From assembly GCF_963921235.1 (NCBI RefSeq), contig NC_086097.1, positions 176,764,001 through 176,828,000 of the forward strand: DNA of 64,000 bases. The letters run 5' to 3'. The DNA is from Mobula hypostoma (taxonomy: Eukaryota). A program made the position numbers and the translations under genes. The notes under the pieces were generated by a model. That model was given only the letters and a program-made list of their open reading frames with translations. It made no database searches and was not told the origin of the DNA. Every line of letters begins with the position of its first letter. Within the stretch, counting starts at the first letter, position 1. Of the stretch, positions 25,761 through 37,280 are shown in pieces.

Positions 25761-27064
25761 AAACCTCCTGTGAAGTCTCTCAATGTACTTACACAGTAAA
25801 TGGAATGACGTGTGTGGGTGACATGCAAACAAAGGTTTTCATTGTATCTCGCTACGTGTTACAATAATAAATTAATTACCAGTTTCATATTTAATCGCAT
25901 TAGGAACACATCCTTCTATGCCTTACCTATTATCGTTTTGGTTTAAATGTCTCTGAAACGCAGTGACTGTATCCGATTCCACCACCTCCCCTGGCAGTGA
26001 GTTCCAGAAATCAACAGACCTCTGCGTTAATAGTCAAAGAGTCATAGAGCAATACAGCACAGAAACAGGCCCTTTGGCCCAACTGATCCATACTAACCAC
26101 AGCATCCTCCCTGATAGAAGAAATTCCTCAGATTCCTTTAAAGCTCCTTCTTTTCACTTTAAGCCCCTGCCCTTCTGTTGATATCTTTATCATGAGAAAA
26201 ATATTTCAAAATCAAGGTCAAAGTCATATGTGCATGTACATGCATGCACAGGTGCAATGAAAATCTTACTTGTAGCAACAGCACAGGAACACAGCATCAG
26301 ATAAGCAGTATTCACAAGAAAAACATAAATTAAACATAAATTTTTCACACTTTTTACAAGAGATTAAAAAAGAACAAAACAAAATCAAATTTCATTTTAG
26401 GGCAAAGTGACTATCTATCCTATCTGTCCCTCTCATAATCTTATCTAATTCTACCAGCTTCTTTAGCTCCAGGAGAACAGGCCTAGCCTATGCAATCTGG
26501 CCCCATAACTAAATACATCCAATCCAGGCAACATCCTAGTGAATCTCACCTTCACCCTCTCCAAGCAACCACATCCTTCCTGTAGTTGGCAACCAGAATT
26601 ACACAGTACTCCGAACTCAGGCTTACCAGTGTTTGGTATAGTTACAGCATTATGTCCCAATTCTTATATTCTGTGCCTCTCCAAAGCCTTCACAAAGTGT
26701 GGCATCCTCGTCCTCTAGGCAATGTTCTACTTCTTGCCAAATGAAGGTCCATAATGACTTCCTTGCTCTTGTACTTTTGGCTTCTAGGTATAAACCCCAG
26801 GACCTGTGAGCACTCTCAGCTTGCCCTGCCACTGTCAGTATACCTCTGCGTCATTGCACCTCCATTCAAACAATGTCCTTGAAATTACATTGTTTCTTTT
26901 GTCTCTTTTTATTGCCTTACCAAAAGTTCTGCATGTTTCTGCATTACATTTAATCTGCCATACATTCAAGATTACAAAGAGCTTTTGATAAAATTATGAA
27001 ACAATAAAAGTATGGCATAGATGGGGAGAATGTATGCATTCTTTTTCTTCAATGTCTGGCATAA

Positions 27065-28012
27065 TTTTTTTATATAAATGACCTGGATGAGGAAGTGGAG
27101 GGATGGAATAATAATTTGCTGATGACACAAAGGTTGGGGGTGTTGCGGGTAGTTTGGAGGGCTGTCAGAGGTTACAGCGGGACATTGATAGGATACAAAA
27201 CTGGGCTGAGAAGAGGCAGATGGAGTTCAACCCAGATAAGTGTGAGGTGGTTCATTTTGATAGGTTAAATATGATGGTGGAATATAGCATTAATGGTAAG
27301 ACTCTTGGCAGTGTGATGGATCAGAGGGATCTTGGGGTCCGAGTCCATAGAACACTCAAATCTGCTACGCAGGTTGACTCTGTGGTTAAGAAGGCAAATG
27401 GTGCATTGGCCTTCATCAACTGTGGGATTGATTTTAAGAGTTGAGAGGTAATGTAGCAGCTATATAGGACACTGGTCAGACCTCACTTGGAGTACTGTGC
27501 TAAATTCTGGTCGCCTCACTACAGGAAGGACATGGAAACCATGGAAAGGGTGCAGAGAAGATTTACAAGGATGTTGCCTGGATTGGGGAGCATGCCTTAT
27601 GAGAATAGGTTGAGTGAACTCAGCCTTTTCTCCTTGGAACAACGGAGGATGAGAGGTGACCTGACAAAGGTGTACAATATAATGAGAGGCATTGATCATG
27701 TGGCTTTTTCCCAGAGCTGAAATCGCTAGCATGAGAGGGCATAGTTTTAAGGGGCTTGGATGAAGGTACAGTGGAGATGTCAGGGGTAAGTTTTTAACGC
27801 AGAGAGTGGTGAGTGGGTGGAATGGGCTGCTGGTGGTGGTGGTGCAGGCGGAAACGATAGGGTCTCTTAAAAGACTCCTGGATAGGTACATGGAGCTTGG
27901 AAAAATAGAGGGTTATGGTAAGCCTAGGTACTTCTAAAGTAAGGACATGTTTGGCACGGCATTGTGGGCCGAAGAGCCTGTATTGTGCTGTAGGTTTTCT
28001 ATGTTTCTATGT
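27065..28012 (+). mobile_element. Young 5'-truncated CR1
   Basis: FADDTK, FNPDKC, EYCAKFWSPHYRKD and RGDL motifs, with an (ttctatgt)n tail. Confidence 0.9.
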
Positions 28013-28219
28013 TTTTGTAATTTATGCACAATTTATATTTTGTGTATTGAAAATGTCGATGTACCTGTGATGCTGTTCCAAGCAATCTTTTCATTGTACT
28101 GTACCTCTCTGTACCATATGCATATGACAATAAACTTGACTTTTCTTGACTTGGTAACCTCCCTGCTTTCAGACCTTCTGGGGCTTAGAGCAAATGGCTG
28201 CATATGTAATGTGCAGAAC

Positions 28220-30480
28220 ATTCTGACTCCTGGTATGGAGGCTCCAATGCATAGGATCAAAAGAGGCTGTAAACTCAGACAGCTCAATCATGGGCACAAA
28301 CCACCCCTCCTCCCACCATCCAGGATGTCCTCAACAGACAGTGCCTCTAAAGGCAGCATCCATCACTGAGGAACCTCTTTACCTGTGGCATGCCCTCTTC
28401 TTATTACTGCCATCACAGAGATGCTACAGGAGCCTGAAGACCCACACTCGATGTTTTAGGAACAGCTTCCTCGCCACCTCCAGCAGATTTCTGAACGTTC
28501 CATGAACTTATGGACACTAGCTCACTATTCTTCCTCTGCACGATTTATTTATTTTAATTTTACTGTAACTTCTGGTAATTTTTAAGTCTTGCCCTGTACT
28601 GTTGCCACAAAACAATCAATTTCATTATATATGTCAGTGATAATAAACCTGATTCTGATTCTGAATGTTGTACCCTTCAGTTAGACCTCTCATTTCTTCA
28701 ACAAACACAAGTCTTGTTAACCCTTTCACTCCGCAGGTAATAGCCATTGCATCTGGGGAACCAGAGTCAGAATCAGGTTTAATATCACTGACATTGTATT
28801 CCACAAAATTTGTTGTTTTGTCACAGCAGTACAGTGCAATACATAATAAAGCCCACTATAAATTTCAATACGAAATAAATATATATATAATCAATAGTAT
28901 TATACTGTATATAATTCAATAAGCAGTAAAAAAAAAGAGAGGAGTTAAAAATAATGAGGTCAGAAATCTGATGGTGGAGTGAGTGTGTGTCTTCATGCTC
29001 CTGTACCTCCTCCCTCATTGGTAGTAAGGATAAGGTAGCATGTCCCAGATGGTAAGAATCCTCAGTGATGGGTCCTGCCTTTTTGAGGCACCACCCATTG
29101 AAGATCTGCTCGATGGTGGGAAGGTTTGTGCCCATGCTGGAGCTGGCTGAGTCAACAACCCGCTGTAACTTTGTGATCCTGTGCATTGGAACTTCCATAC
29201 CAGGCTGTGAAGCAACCAGCTGGGTGAACCTAATTTGCACTCCTCCATGCCAAGTACACCCGTTCTAAGGAGAACAACATGCACACAGTATTGGAAGTGG
29301 CATCTTCTCAAGGTCCTTCTTTGCTCCTGTACTCAAACCTTGTGCGGCGAACATGTATCTTCCTAACAGTTTTCTGAACCTGCCCATTTGTTTTTGGTTC
29401 ATAATGAGAATTGTGCAGGATTTGTTGAAAGCTGTGGCCTGTTGAGAATCACAGGTGGTGATGATTCGCTCACAGGAGTGGGATAGTATACCTGGCTGCT
29501 GGATGCTACAACAACCTCTCACTCAATGTCCAGAACTGCTTGCAGACTTTAGGAAAGGGAAGGAAAGTGAACCTATGCCAGTCCACATTGGGGGATTGGC
29601 CTGAGCCCAGTACAAAGATGCAATCACAAGTAAGGTGTGCCAGCATCTTTACTTTCTTAGGAGGTTCGGCTTGACACTGACACTCTACCAAACTTCCACA
29701 GATTTGCAGTTGTAGGTACCCTGACTGGTTTTATTATGGTCTGGTACAAAAAATCAAATGTGCAGGAGCGTAAGAAGCTTCAGAGTGTAGTGGACTCTTA
29801 TCAATGCATTACAGGCATATCCCTCTCCACTGTTGGTAGTATGCCTCAAGAAGGTAGCATCTATCATCAAAGATCCTCACCATCTCCTGACAGCTAGAAT
29901 AAGAAGCTGGAATAAGAAGGTGAGGGAGTGGATGGAGTACTAGCTGGAAGGTGACAGGTGAAGCCAGATGAGGGGGTGCAGAAGGAACAATGAGGTGAGA
30001 AGCATTGTGATGATTGGTGGAAAAGGAAAAGGGTTTAAGAAGAAGGAATCATACAGGAGAAGAGAGTGGACCATGGGAGAAAAGGAAATGAGGCACCAGA
30101 GGTGGTTGAGAAGGAAAGAGGTAAGGTGGTAACCAGAATGGGGAATGGAAAGTAAGAGAATGGGAAGAGGAAGAAATAATCTGAAGTTGGAGAAACCAAT
30201 GTTCATGCCAACTGGTTGGAGACTATCCAAATGGAATATGAGGTGCTACTCCTCCAATCTGCGAGTGGTCACAACAGTTTAGCAACACCATGAGCACTAA
30301 AATTGATTTTTTTTGTTTTAATTGTGTTTATTCATGTAAAATCGGTGTTTAATTTATGTTTATTCTTGTGAATGTTGCTTATATTATGCAATGTGCCTGT
30401 GCTGCTGCTGCAAATAAGTTCTTCATTGTATCTGTACTTGCACATACAGTATGACAATAAACTTGACTTTGACTTTGAAC
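28220..30480. mobile_element. Rex1/Babar fragments (28220-28665 +, 28765-29225 -, 29500-30480 +), the last interrupted by an old Penelope fragment (29900-30265 -)
   Basis: Rex C-terminal motifs with (attctg)n and (actttg)n tails. The minus ORF begins DSLQPVGMNIGFSNFR, matching the GIY-YIG C-terminus. Confidence 0.75.
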
Positions 30481-31171
30481 GAAAGTTCCCAGTGGTCTAG
30501 CACCCACTCAGGAGTATCCAGTGCAAAATCCAGTCCTCATGAAGAAATGAAAGAGCCAATTTAAAAGGACTGAGGTGCTCATTTTATCTACCCAATTTCA
30601 TTTCATTAAATACTTGCATCATGCATTGGAAAAGATATCAAGTTGAAGTGCTTACATTGTAATGTTATGTGAATGCTTTGTGGTTCAGCCCTGTGGAACT
30701 AAAGCAATCAATTGTGCTCTTTGCAGTTCTGTGCTTGTCATAGATCGTACAAAGCCTTTGTCTCACTTAAATAACAGAGTTGCTGTACTGCGTCCACAAC
30801 CATCAGTTTGCAACGTCTTCTCATATAATAACCACCAGTGAAAATTGTCTTAATGAAATTGTAATTCACAGTTAAATGAAAAAGCAGAATTGTGTCAAAG
30901 TCCTAATGGATTTCTAATGGTGATGTTATGTTCCAAAGAAGTATATTGCTAAGGTGAATTTATCATTGGGTGGTAGCCTAATTTAATGAATATGAAAGGA
31001 AATTATATTGTCAGTTCAATTATGTTGAAATAATCTTCAGAACAATTTCTGTGTATAGATTACAAAACTGTTAAATTCCTTCTGAGGAAACACTACTAGT
31101 AGAATCATTGCCTAGCTGCACTTACTCATAAAAATCAGGTGCAGGATCAAGCTCCTGATCCTGCTTCACCT

Positions 31172-33790
31172 TTCAGAATCAGGTTTAATATTGCTGGTAT
31201 ATGTTTTGATGTTGTTGTTTTACAGCAGCAGTAAATTGACATGGTGGCGCGTGGCCAAGTGGTTAAGGCGTTCGTCTAGAGATTTGAAGGTCGCTAGTTT
31301 GAGCCTTGGCTGAGGCAGCGTGTGTGTCCTTGAGCAAGGCACTTAACCACACATTGCTCTGCGACGACACCGGTGCCAAGCTGTATGGGTCCTAATGCCC
31401 TTCCCTTGGACAACATCGGTGGCGTGGACAGGGGAGACTTGCAGCACGAGCAACTGCCGGTCTTCCATACAACCTTGCCCAGGCCTGCGCCCTGGAAACT
31501 TTCCAAGGTGCAAATCCATGGTCTCATGAAACTAACGGATGGCTATGAAATTGCCATACATAATAGTAAAAAAACTATAAATTACAATAAGAAATATATA
31601 TTAAAAAATTAAATTAAATAAGTCATGCAAAAAGAGAGCAAAAAATAATTAGTGGGGTAGTGTACGTAGTTTCATTCTCTATTCAGAAATCTGATGGCAG
31701 AGGGGAAGGATCTGTTCCTGAAAGGTTGAGTGTGTGCCTTCAGAATCCTGTACCTCCTCCTTGGTGGTAGCAATGAGAAGAGGGCATGTCCTGGGTGATG
31801 GGAGTCCTTAATAATGGATGCCACCTTTTTGAGGCATTGACTTTTGAAGGTGTCCTGGATGCTGAGGAGACTAATGTTTACAACTTACTGCAGCTTTGTC
31901 TGATCCTGTGCGGTGGCCCCTCCATACAGATGGCGATGCAACCAGATAGAATGCTCTCCAGAGTCTCTGGTGACATACCAAGTCTCCTCAAACTCCTAAT
32001 GAAATAAAGCCGTTGTCATGCCTTCCTTGTAATTGCATCCACATATTGGGCCCAGAATGGATCTTCAGAGATGTTGATACCCAGGAACTTGAAACTGCTC
32101 ACCCTTTCCACTGTTGATGCTTTGATGAGGACTGGTGTGTGTTCCTTCAATATTCCTTTCCTGAAATCCACAATGAATTTCTTGGTTTTACTGAGGTTGA
32201 GTACAAAGTTGTTGCAACACCATCAAGCAACAGATCTATCTCACTCCTGTATGCCTCCATATCACCATCTGAAGTTCTGTTAACAACAGTTGAGTCCTTG
32301 GCAAATTTGTAGATGATGTTTTGAGCTGTACCTAGCCACATATTTGAGGGGAAAGATAGTTAGAGTAAATTAGTGGGCTAAGCACAGATCCTTAAGATGC
32401 GCTAGTGTTGATGATCAATCAGAAGGAGATGTTTTTTCCCAATCCACACTGATTGTGGTCTCCCAGTGAGGAAGTCAAGGTTTCATTTGCAGACAGAGGT
32501 GCTGAGGCCTAGGTTTTGGAGCTTGTTGATTAATACTGAGGGTATGGTTTTTTTGGATGCTGAGCTGTAATCAATAAACAGGAGTCTGACGTACATACTA
32601 CTATTGTCCAAGTGATCCAGGAACAAGTAAAATTACATCCACTGTTGACCTATTGTGGCAGTGGGCAAATTGCAGCCAATGCAGATCCTTGCTTAAGTGG
32701 GAGATAATTCTGGCCTAGATCAACCTCTCAAAGTAGTTTATCACTGCAATTGTGAGTGGAACTGGGTGATAATTGTTGAGGTAGCTCACCTTGCTCTTCT
32801 TGGACACTGGTATGATTTTTCCCCTTTTGAAGCTCGTGGGAACTTCCAATCACAGCAGTGAGAGATTGGAGAACATTCCTGCCAATCGATTTGCACAGGT
32901 TTACAGTGCCTTAGCAAGTATAACACAGGGCCTGACACCTTGTGAGGGTTCACCCTCTTGAAAGATGTTCTGATCTCAGCCTCCGAAACAGAGGTCACAG
33001 GGTAACCAGATGCTGAAGGGATTTGCACAGGTGTAGTTTTATTCTCCCGTTCAAAATGTGCATAAAAGGTATTGAGCTCATCTGAGAGTGAAGCATCATA
33101 GCCACTCATGATGTTAGTTTTCACCGTATAGGAAGTAATAGCCTGCAAACCCTGCCAGAGCTGACGTGCTGACGTGCTGACGAGTTATTACCTCACTCTT
33201 AAAACAGTTTTCCATAGCCATACCTAGATTTCTCATATAGTTCCAGATCACCAGTCTTGAATGCCACAGATCGTGCCTCAGCAGACCATGAATCTCCTGA
33301 TTCATCCATGGTATATCTGTATGTTCTCAAATGCACACACCCATCCACACAGGTCTTGATGGAGCTGGTGACAACTGAGGAAAATTCATTCATATTCAAA
33401 AATGAATCCCTGAATATAATCCAGTCCACCTATTCAAAGCAGTCCTGTAAGTGCTCCTCCACCTCCCACGACTATACCTTCTTGGTCTTCACCACTAGTT
33501 CTGCGATCTTTAATCTCTTCCTATATGCTGGGAATAGAAGTACAACCAGATGATTGGACTTTCCAAAGTGTAAGCATGCGATGACGCTGTAAGAATTCTT
33601 GATGGTGGTAGAACAGTGGTTAAGTGTGTTGTCTCTTCTGGTTCCTTTGGAATTCCTCTGCAATTCTTCAAACTGGCCTGGTTGAAATCCCCTGCAACGA
33701 TAGGAAAGACATCAGGGTGTGCTGTTTCATGATTTCTGATTACAGGTCTCAGCTCTTCCAGTGCCTGCCTGAGGTTGGCAATGAGACTGT
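31172..33790 (-). mobile_element. Long Rex1/Babar LINE relic (endonuclease end, RT and tail)
   Basis: NTLNHCSTTIKNSY...FGKSNHLVVLLFPAY, DASLSDELNTFYAHFE, IYKFAKDS and an (attctg)n tail. Confidence 0.85.
31241..31546 (+). mobile_element. tRNA-derived SINE with CORE-like central motif
   Basis: A-box 'gtggccaagtggttaaggcg', degenerate B-box 'agtttgagcc', and 'gtccttgagcaaggcacttaacc'. TSD aaattgacat/aaattgccat. Inserted into a Rex tail. Confidence 0.85.
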
Positions 33791-33794
33791 TGTT

Positions 33795-35020
33795 GATCTA
33801 AGCTTGGCCACTTTTCTGTACTCTCCCCATGCAGCTAATCTCTGCTACAGTTAGAACCATGGAGTCATAAAGCACAGAACCAGGTCTTTCTGAATGCACG
33901 TTCTTTGTACTCTTCACGTCAGCATTATGTTCATGCCTGAGATTTGCCTGTTGCTGACAAACATTCTCACTCAGCCTGACCACAGTGATAGCTTTCGCTA
34001 GTGGGAGATTTGCCTGCAGCTGGAGTCTCTCTGACAATTTGGTGTCTAGTAGCCCAACAACAGTCCTGTTTCTGATGAGCTCATCTCTCCGATTTCCATA
34101 TGCATAGTTGTGTGACAGGGCATACAGTGCTGTAATTAAGTCATTTACTCTTTCATCTGGCACTTGTTTTCTGGAGCTGAACTTAGCTCTCTTTTATACC
34201 ACATTTCGCTTTCATGTGAAATATTCTTAGAATTTGTCCTGCATTGTTTTGTGCTCCTTTTTCAGAGCATCCTTCAGTCCCAATCCTCCTATGATATCAC
34301 TTGCTTTGTTACCCATGCAGTATATCAGTGTGCTTACTTGATGCTCTTCTGAAACCTGAGTGAGATTGCTTGCAACCTTAAATCTTTCAAAGCATCTGAA
34401 CCATCTTTCAAAGTCCTCTGGTTCAGGGAAATCAAATATCTCGGTAAGTAGATGAAGGTACTGCAGGCATTTTCTCCATTTTACTGCATGTTTATTTATT
34501 ACTTTACTACTTGGCCTACTAAAGTCTTGTTTTCTCTTCTTAAGAGTTTGACTGATTCTCTGTTGTGTCTGTGTCTATGCGTAATTCCACGAGCTAGTGG
34601 CCCGCAGGTTATTACAACATATCCACTTTCGGGTATGGCTTGAGGCATTGCCAAGCAACCCTAGCCCTTCTCAGCTTCCGGCCTTGTGGTGCATACATTT
34701 AGCAAGCTAGCATAGGCAGTTCAGGTTGCTAAGTCTCTGGATATTTTCCATAGATATATGTGAACAAGAACAGCTTTACTGTAAATTCTTTCTTGTTGGG
34801 GATCTCACTTGGTCTGTAGCACCAATTCATTGACAATCAGCCACATCTGACATCATGTTGAGTTTGATATTGAGGGATAATGCAGAGCAAACCAAGAGGC
34901 CAGCATGCAGGGTACTCAACTGAACTTTATTGATAACCCTGCTTGTACAGTATATGAACTCCTCCCATGTGGAAGTGGCTAACTGGGTGATGTAGGAATA
35001 TCACTATTAACAGCACAACG
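33795..35020 (-). mobile_element. Gypsy (Mag-like) 5' LTR, PBS and gag relic
   Basis: Gag motif ITALYALS...YG...DELIRNR.VVGLLDTKLSERLQ. LTR of about 165 bp (34856-35020) with AATAAA, ending caaca. It is followed by a PBS-like tgatgtcagatgtgg (34841-34855), resembling a tRNA-Leu PBS. Confidence 0.8.
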
Positions 35021-35334
35021 CCTCTGCTTCAGTAATAGTTTGTTTCTACTACCTTCCTTCCAAGGAAAATTACATCACATCTTCTCATATTAACATATGC
35101 TGTACAGCATGAAATAGTACAGAACTGGAGAGGCCATTCAATCCATGATAATGTGCTGATCTTGATGTCAATTTCTTCACATTCATGTGTCTTGTTTCTG
35201 ACTGGATGGGATAGAGTTTGTCAAATGTGTTCAGGAACGTTTCCTTAATCAGTATGTAGAGATCCCAACGACAGAGTGTGCGATATTGGATCTGCTATTG
35301 GGGAATGAGACAGGGCAGGTGGCAGAAGTTTGTG

Positions 35335-35795
35335 TAGATAGATAGATACTTTATTGATCCCAAAGGAAATTAGAGTGTCACGGTAGCATTACAAGTGCAC
35401 AAATATACAAATACTAGAAGAGAAGTAAAAAAGAATAAAAAAAAATAAGTTGCCTCAAACAGTCTAACAAGAGGGGGGTCATTACTTCCCTGGCTATAGG
35501 TTAACTCACTATAGAGCCTTATAGTCGAGAGTAAGACAGATCTCATATAGCGCTCTTTAGAGCAGCACAGTTGTCTTGGTCTAGTACTAAAAGTGCTCCC
35601 CTGTTCAGCCAAGGTGGCACGCAGAGGCTGAGAAGCATTGTCCAGAATTGCCAGGATTTTCCGTAGGGTCCTTTGTTTTACCACAGCCTTCAGTGTGTCC
35701 AGTTTGGCTCCTGTAACAGAGCCAGCCCTTCTGATTGGTTTACTGAGCCTGTTGGCATCACCTGTGTTGATGCCAGTGCTCCGGCACACCACCAT
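35335..35795 (-). mobile_element. Rex-type LINE 3' end, subfamily with (tcta)n tail; related copy at 39070-39472 (+)
   Basis: DANRLSKPIRRAGSV...ILDNASQPL...STFS..., compared with AILDNVSHPLH...RSTFSQRL...SFLPVAIKLYN. Confidence 0.85.
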
Positions 35796-36694
35796 GATTC
35801 TCTTAAAGCAAGAAAGATCTAGTGTGTCTGTTGGGCAATGCAAGACGAATCGCACTTTCTTTCCTCAACTCTTGCCAGCGGGAAACCACGGTTCAAGGTT
35901 TCATCTGAAATTTAGCATCACAACCATGCAGCACTCCTTCAGCACAGCACAGTTCCTGCCACTCTGCTGAAGGCTCTGCGGCACTCCCTCAGCTCTGAAC
36001 CTCAGACGAAGCCTTTGTGCTTAACTCCACAGATTCCCGACTCGGAGAAGGTGTGTGTTCCACTGAGCCACAGCTAATGTGCGGAGAGTACAAGATGTAG
36101 ATGTACAAATGCCAGCTCCTGCCTCTGTTTAATGTTTAAACTCCCAGGAGTTACGGTGGCTCTACAGTGGTTAAACCACTGGGTTTGTAATCCAACAGGT
36201 GTAATCTGACACCTGAGGTCAAACTCGATCATAGCAATTGGGTATCTGCTAATGATCTGGAAGTAAGAGGAAAGCTAGCTAGTCGTAATGGTGATAACAA
36301 AGAGATCGAATTGTTGCAAAAGGAAATTGGTTTCAATTATGTCTTTCTGAGGATGGAAGGGGAGAAAAGAGCACTGAATGAAGGGCAGGAACAAAATGGA
36401 CAGTCAGCTTTTTCAATCAAGACTGTTTATCTGAACTGAAAGACAGAGGGAAAATAGTCTGTATAAAAAGATAAAGGGAAGGAGTTGAACAAGAGGTGTC
36501 AGGTGATGGGTGGATCCAGCTGAGGAGGGATGACAGGCAAATGGAGGAGCGTAGGGTGGGAATAGCGACAGAGGATGGGAGGAGAGAGGTGGAGGTGACA
36601 GAAGGCAGCAGATGGTGGAATCTGATAGGAGAGAAATCTAGAACCAAATAAGGGACATGGGGAGGGAAGATAGAGACAGTAGGGGAAGGAGACC

Positions 36695-36921
36695 GAGAAA
36701 CACACAAAAAATGCTGGAGGAACTCAGCAGGCCAGGCAGCATCTCCGGAAAAGAATACAGTTGACATTTCGGGCCGAAACCCTTCATCAGTCTTACCATA
36801 GGGTTTCAGCCCAAAACATCGACTGCACTCTTTTCCATAGATGCTGCCTGGCCTGCTGAGTTTCTCCAGCATTTTGTGTGTGTTTCTTGGATTTCCAGCA
36901 GCTGCACATTTTCTCTTGTTT
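36695..36921. repeat. Palindromic element derived from the Penelope tail, inserted in an older minus-strand Penelope tail (36420-37100)
   Basis: Arms 36695-36785 and 36800-36888 are reverse complements. A hammerhead core CUGAUGA...GAAA is on the minus strand at 36758-36790. Confidence 0.85.
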
Positions 36922-37243
36922 ATGAGGGGATGTGAGTGGGTGATAGGCAGGTCAAGTTGGTGAAGGGACAGAAGAAACAGGGTGATGGGAGGCTGGGGGG
37001 GAGTGTAGAAGGAAATGGGTAGATTAGAAGGAGAGAGAAAAGGGACAGAGGGAGAGCACGTTACCTGAAATTGGAGAATTCAGTGTTCCTGCTGTTCAGT
37101 TAGAACCAAGAAAGGTACATCGAGCACAGGAACAGGCCCCTCGACCAACGATGTTGTTCCAGACTAATTGGCTGCTGTTAATTACCCCTCTAATGCAGGC
37201 TAATGTAAAAAATGATCAAAGTGAAGTTGATGGGCATGTGCAA

Positions 37244-37280
37244 GTGAGTGAGTGAGTGAGTGAGAGAGAGAGAGAGAGAG
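37244..37280. repeat. Compound (GTGA)n(GA)n microsatellite
   Basis: Read directly from the sequence. Confidence 0.95.

Noticed and set aside
31241..31315. tRNA gene
   Set aside because: No complete cloverleaf and a degenerate B-box. It runs into a SINE body flanked by a TSD.
33160..33182. (gctgacgt) x3
   Set aside because: Local slippage inside a Rex relic.
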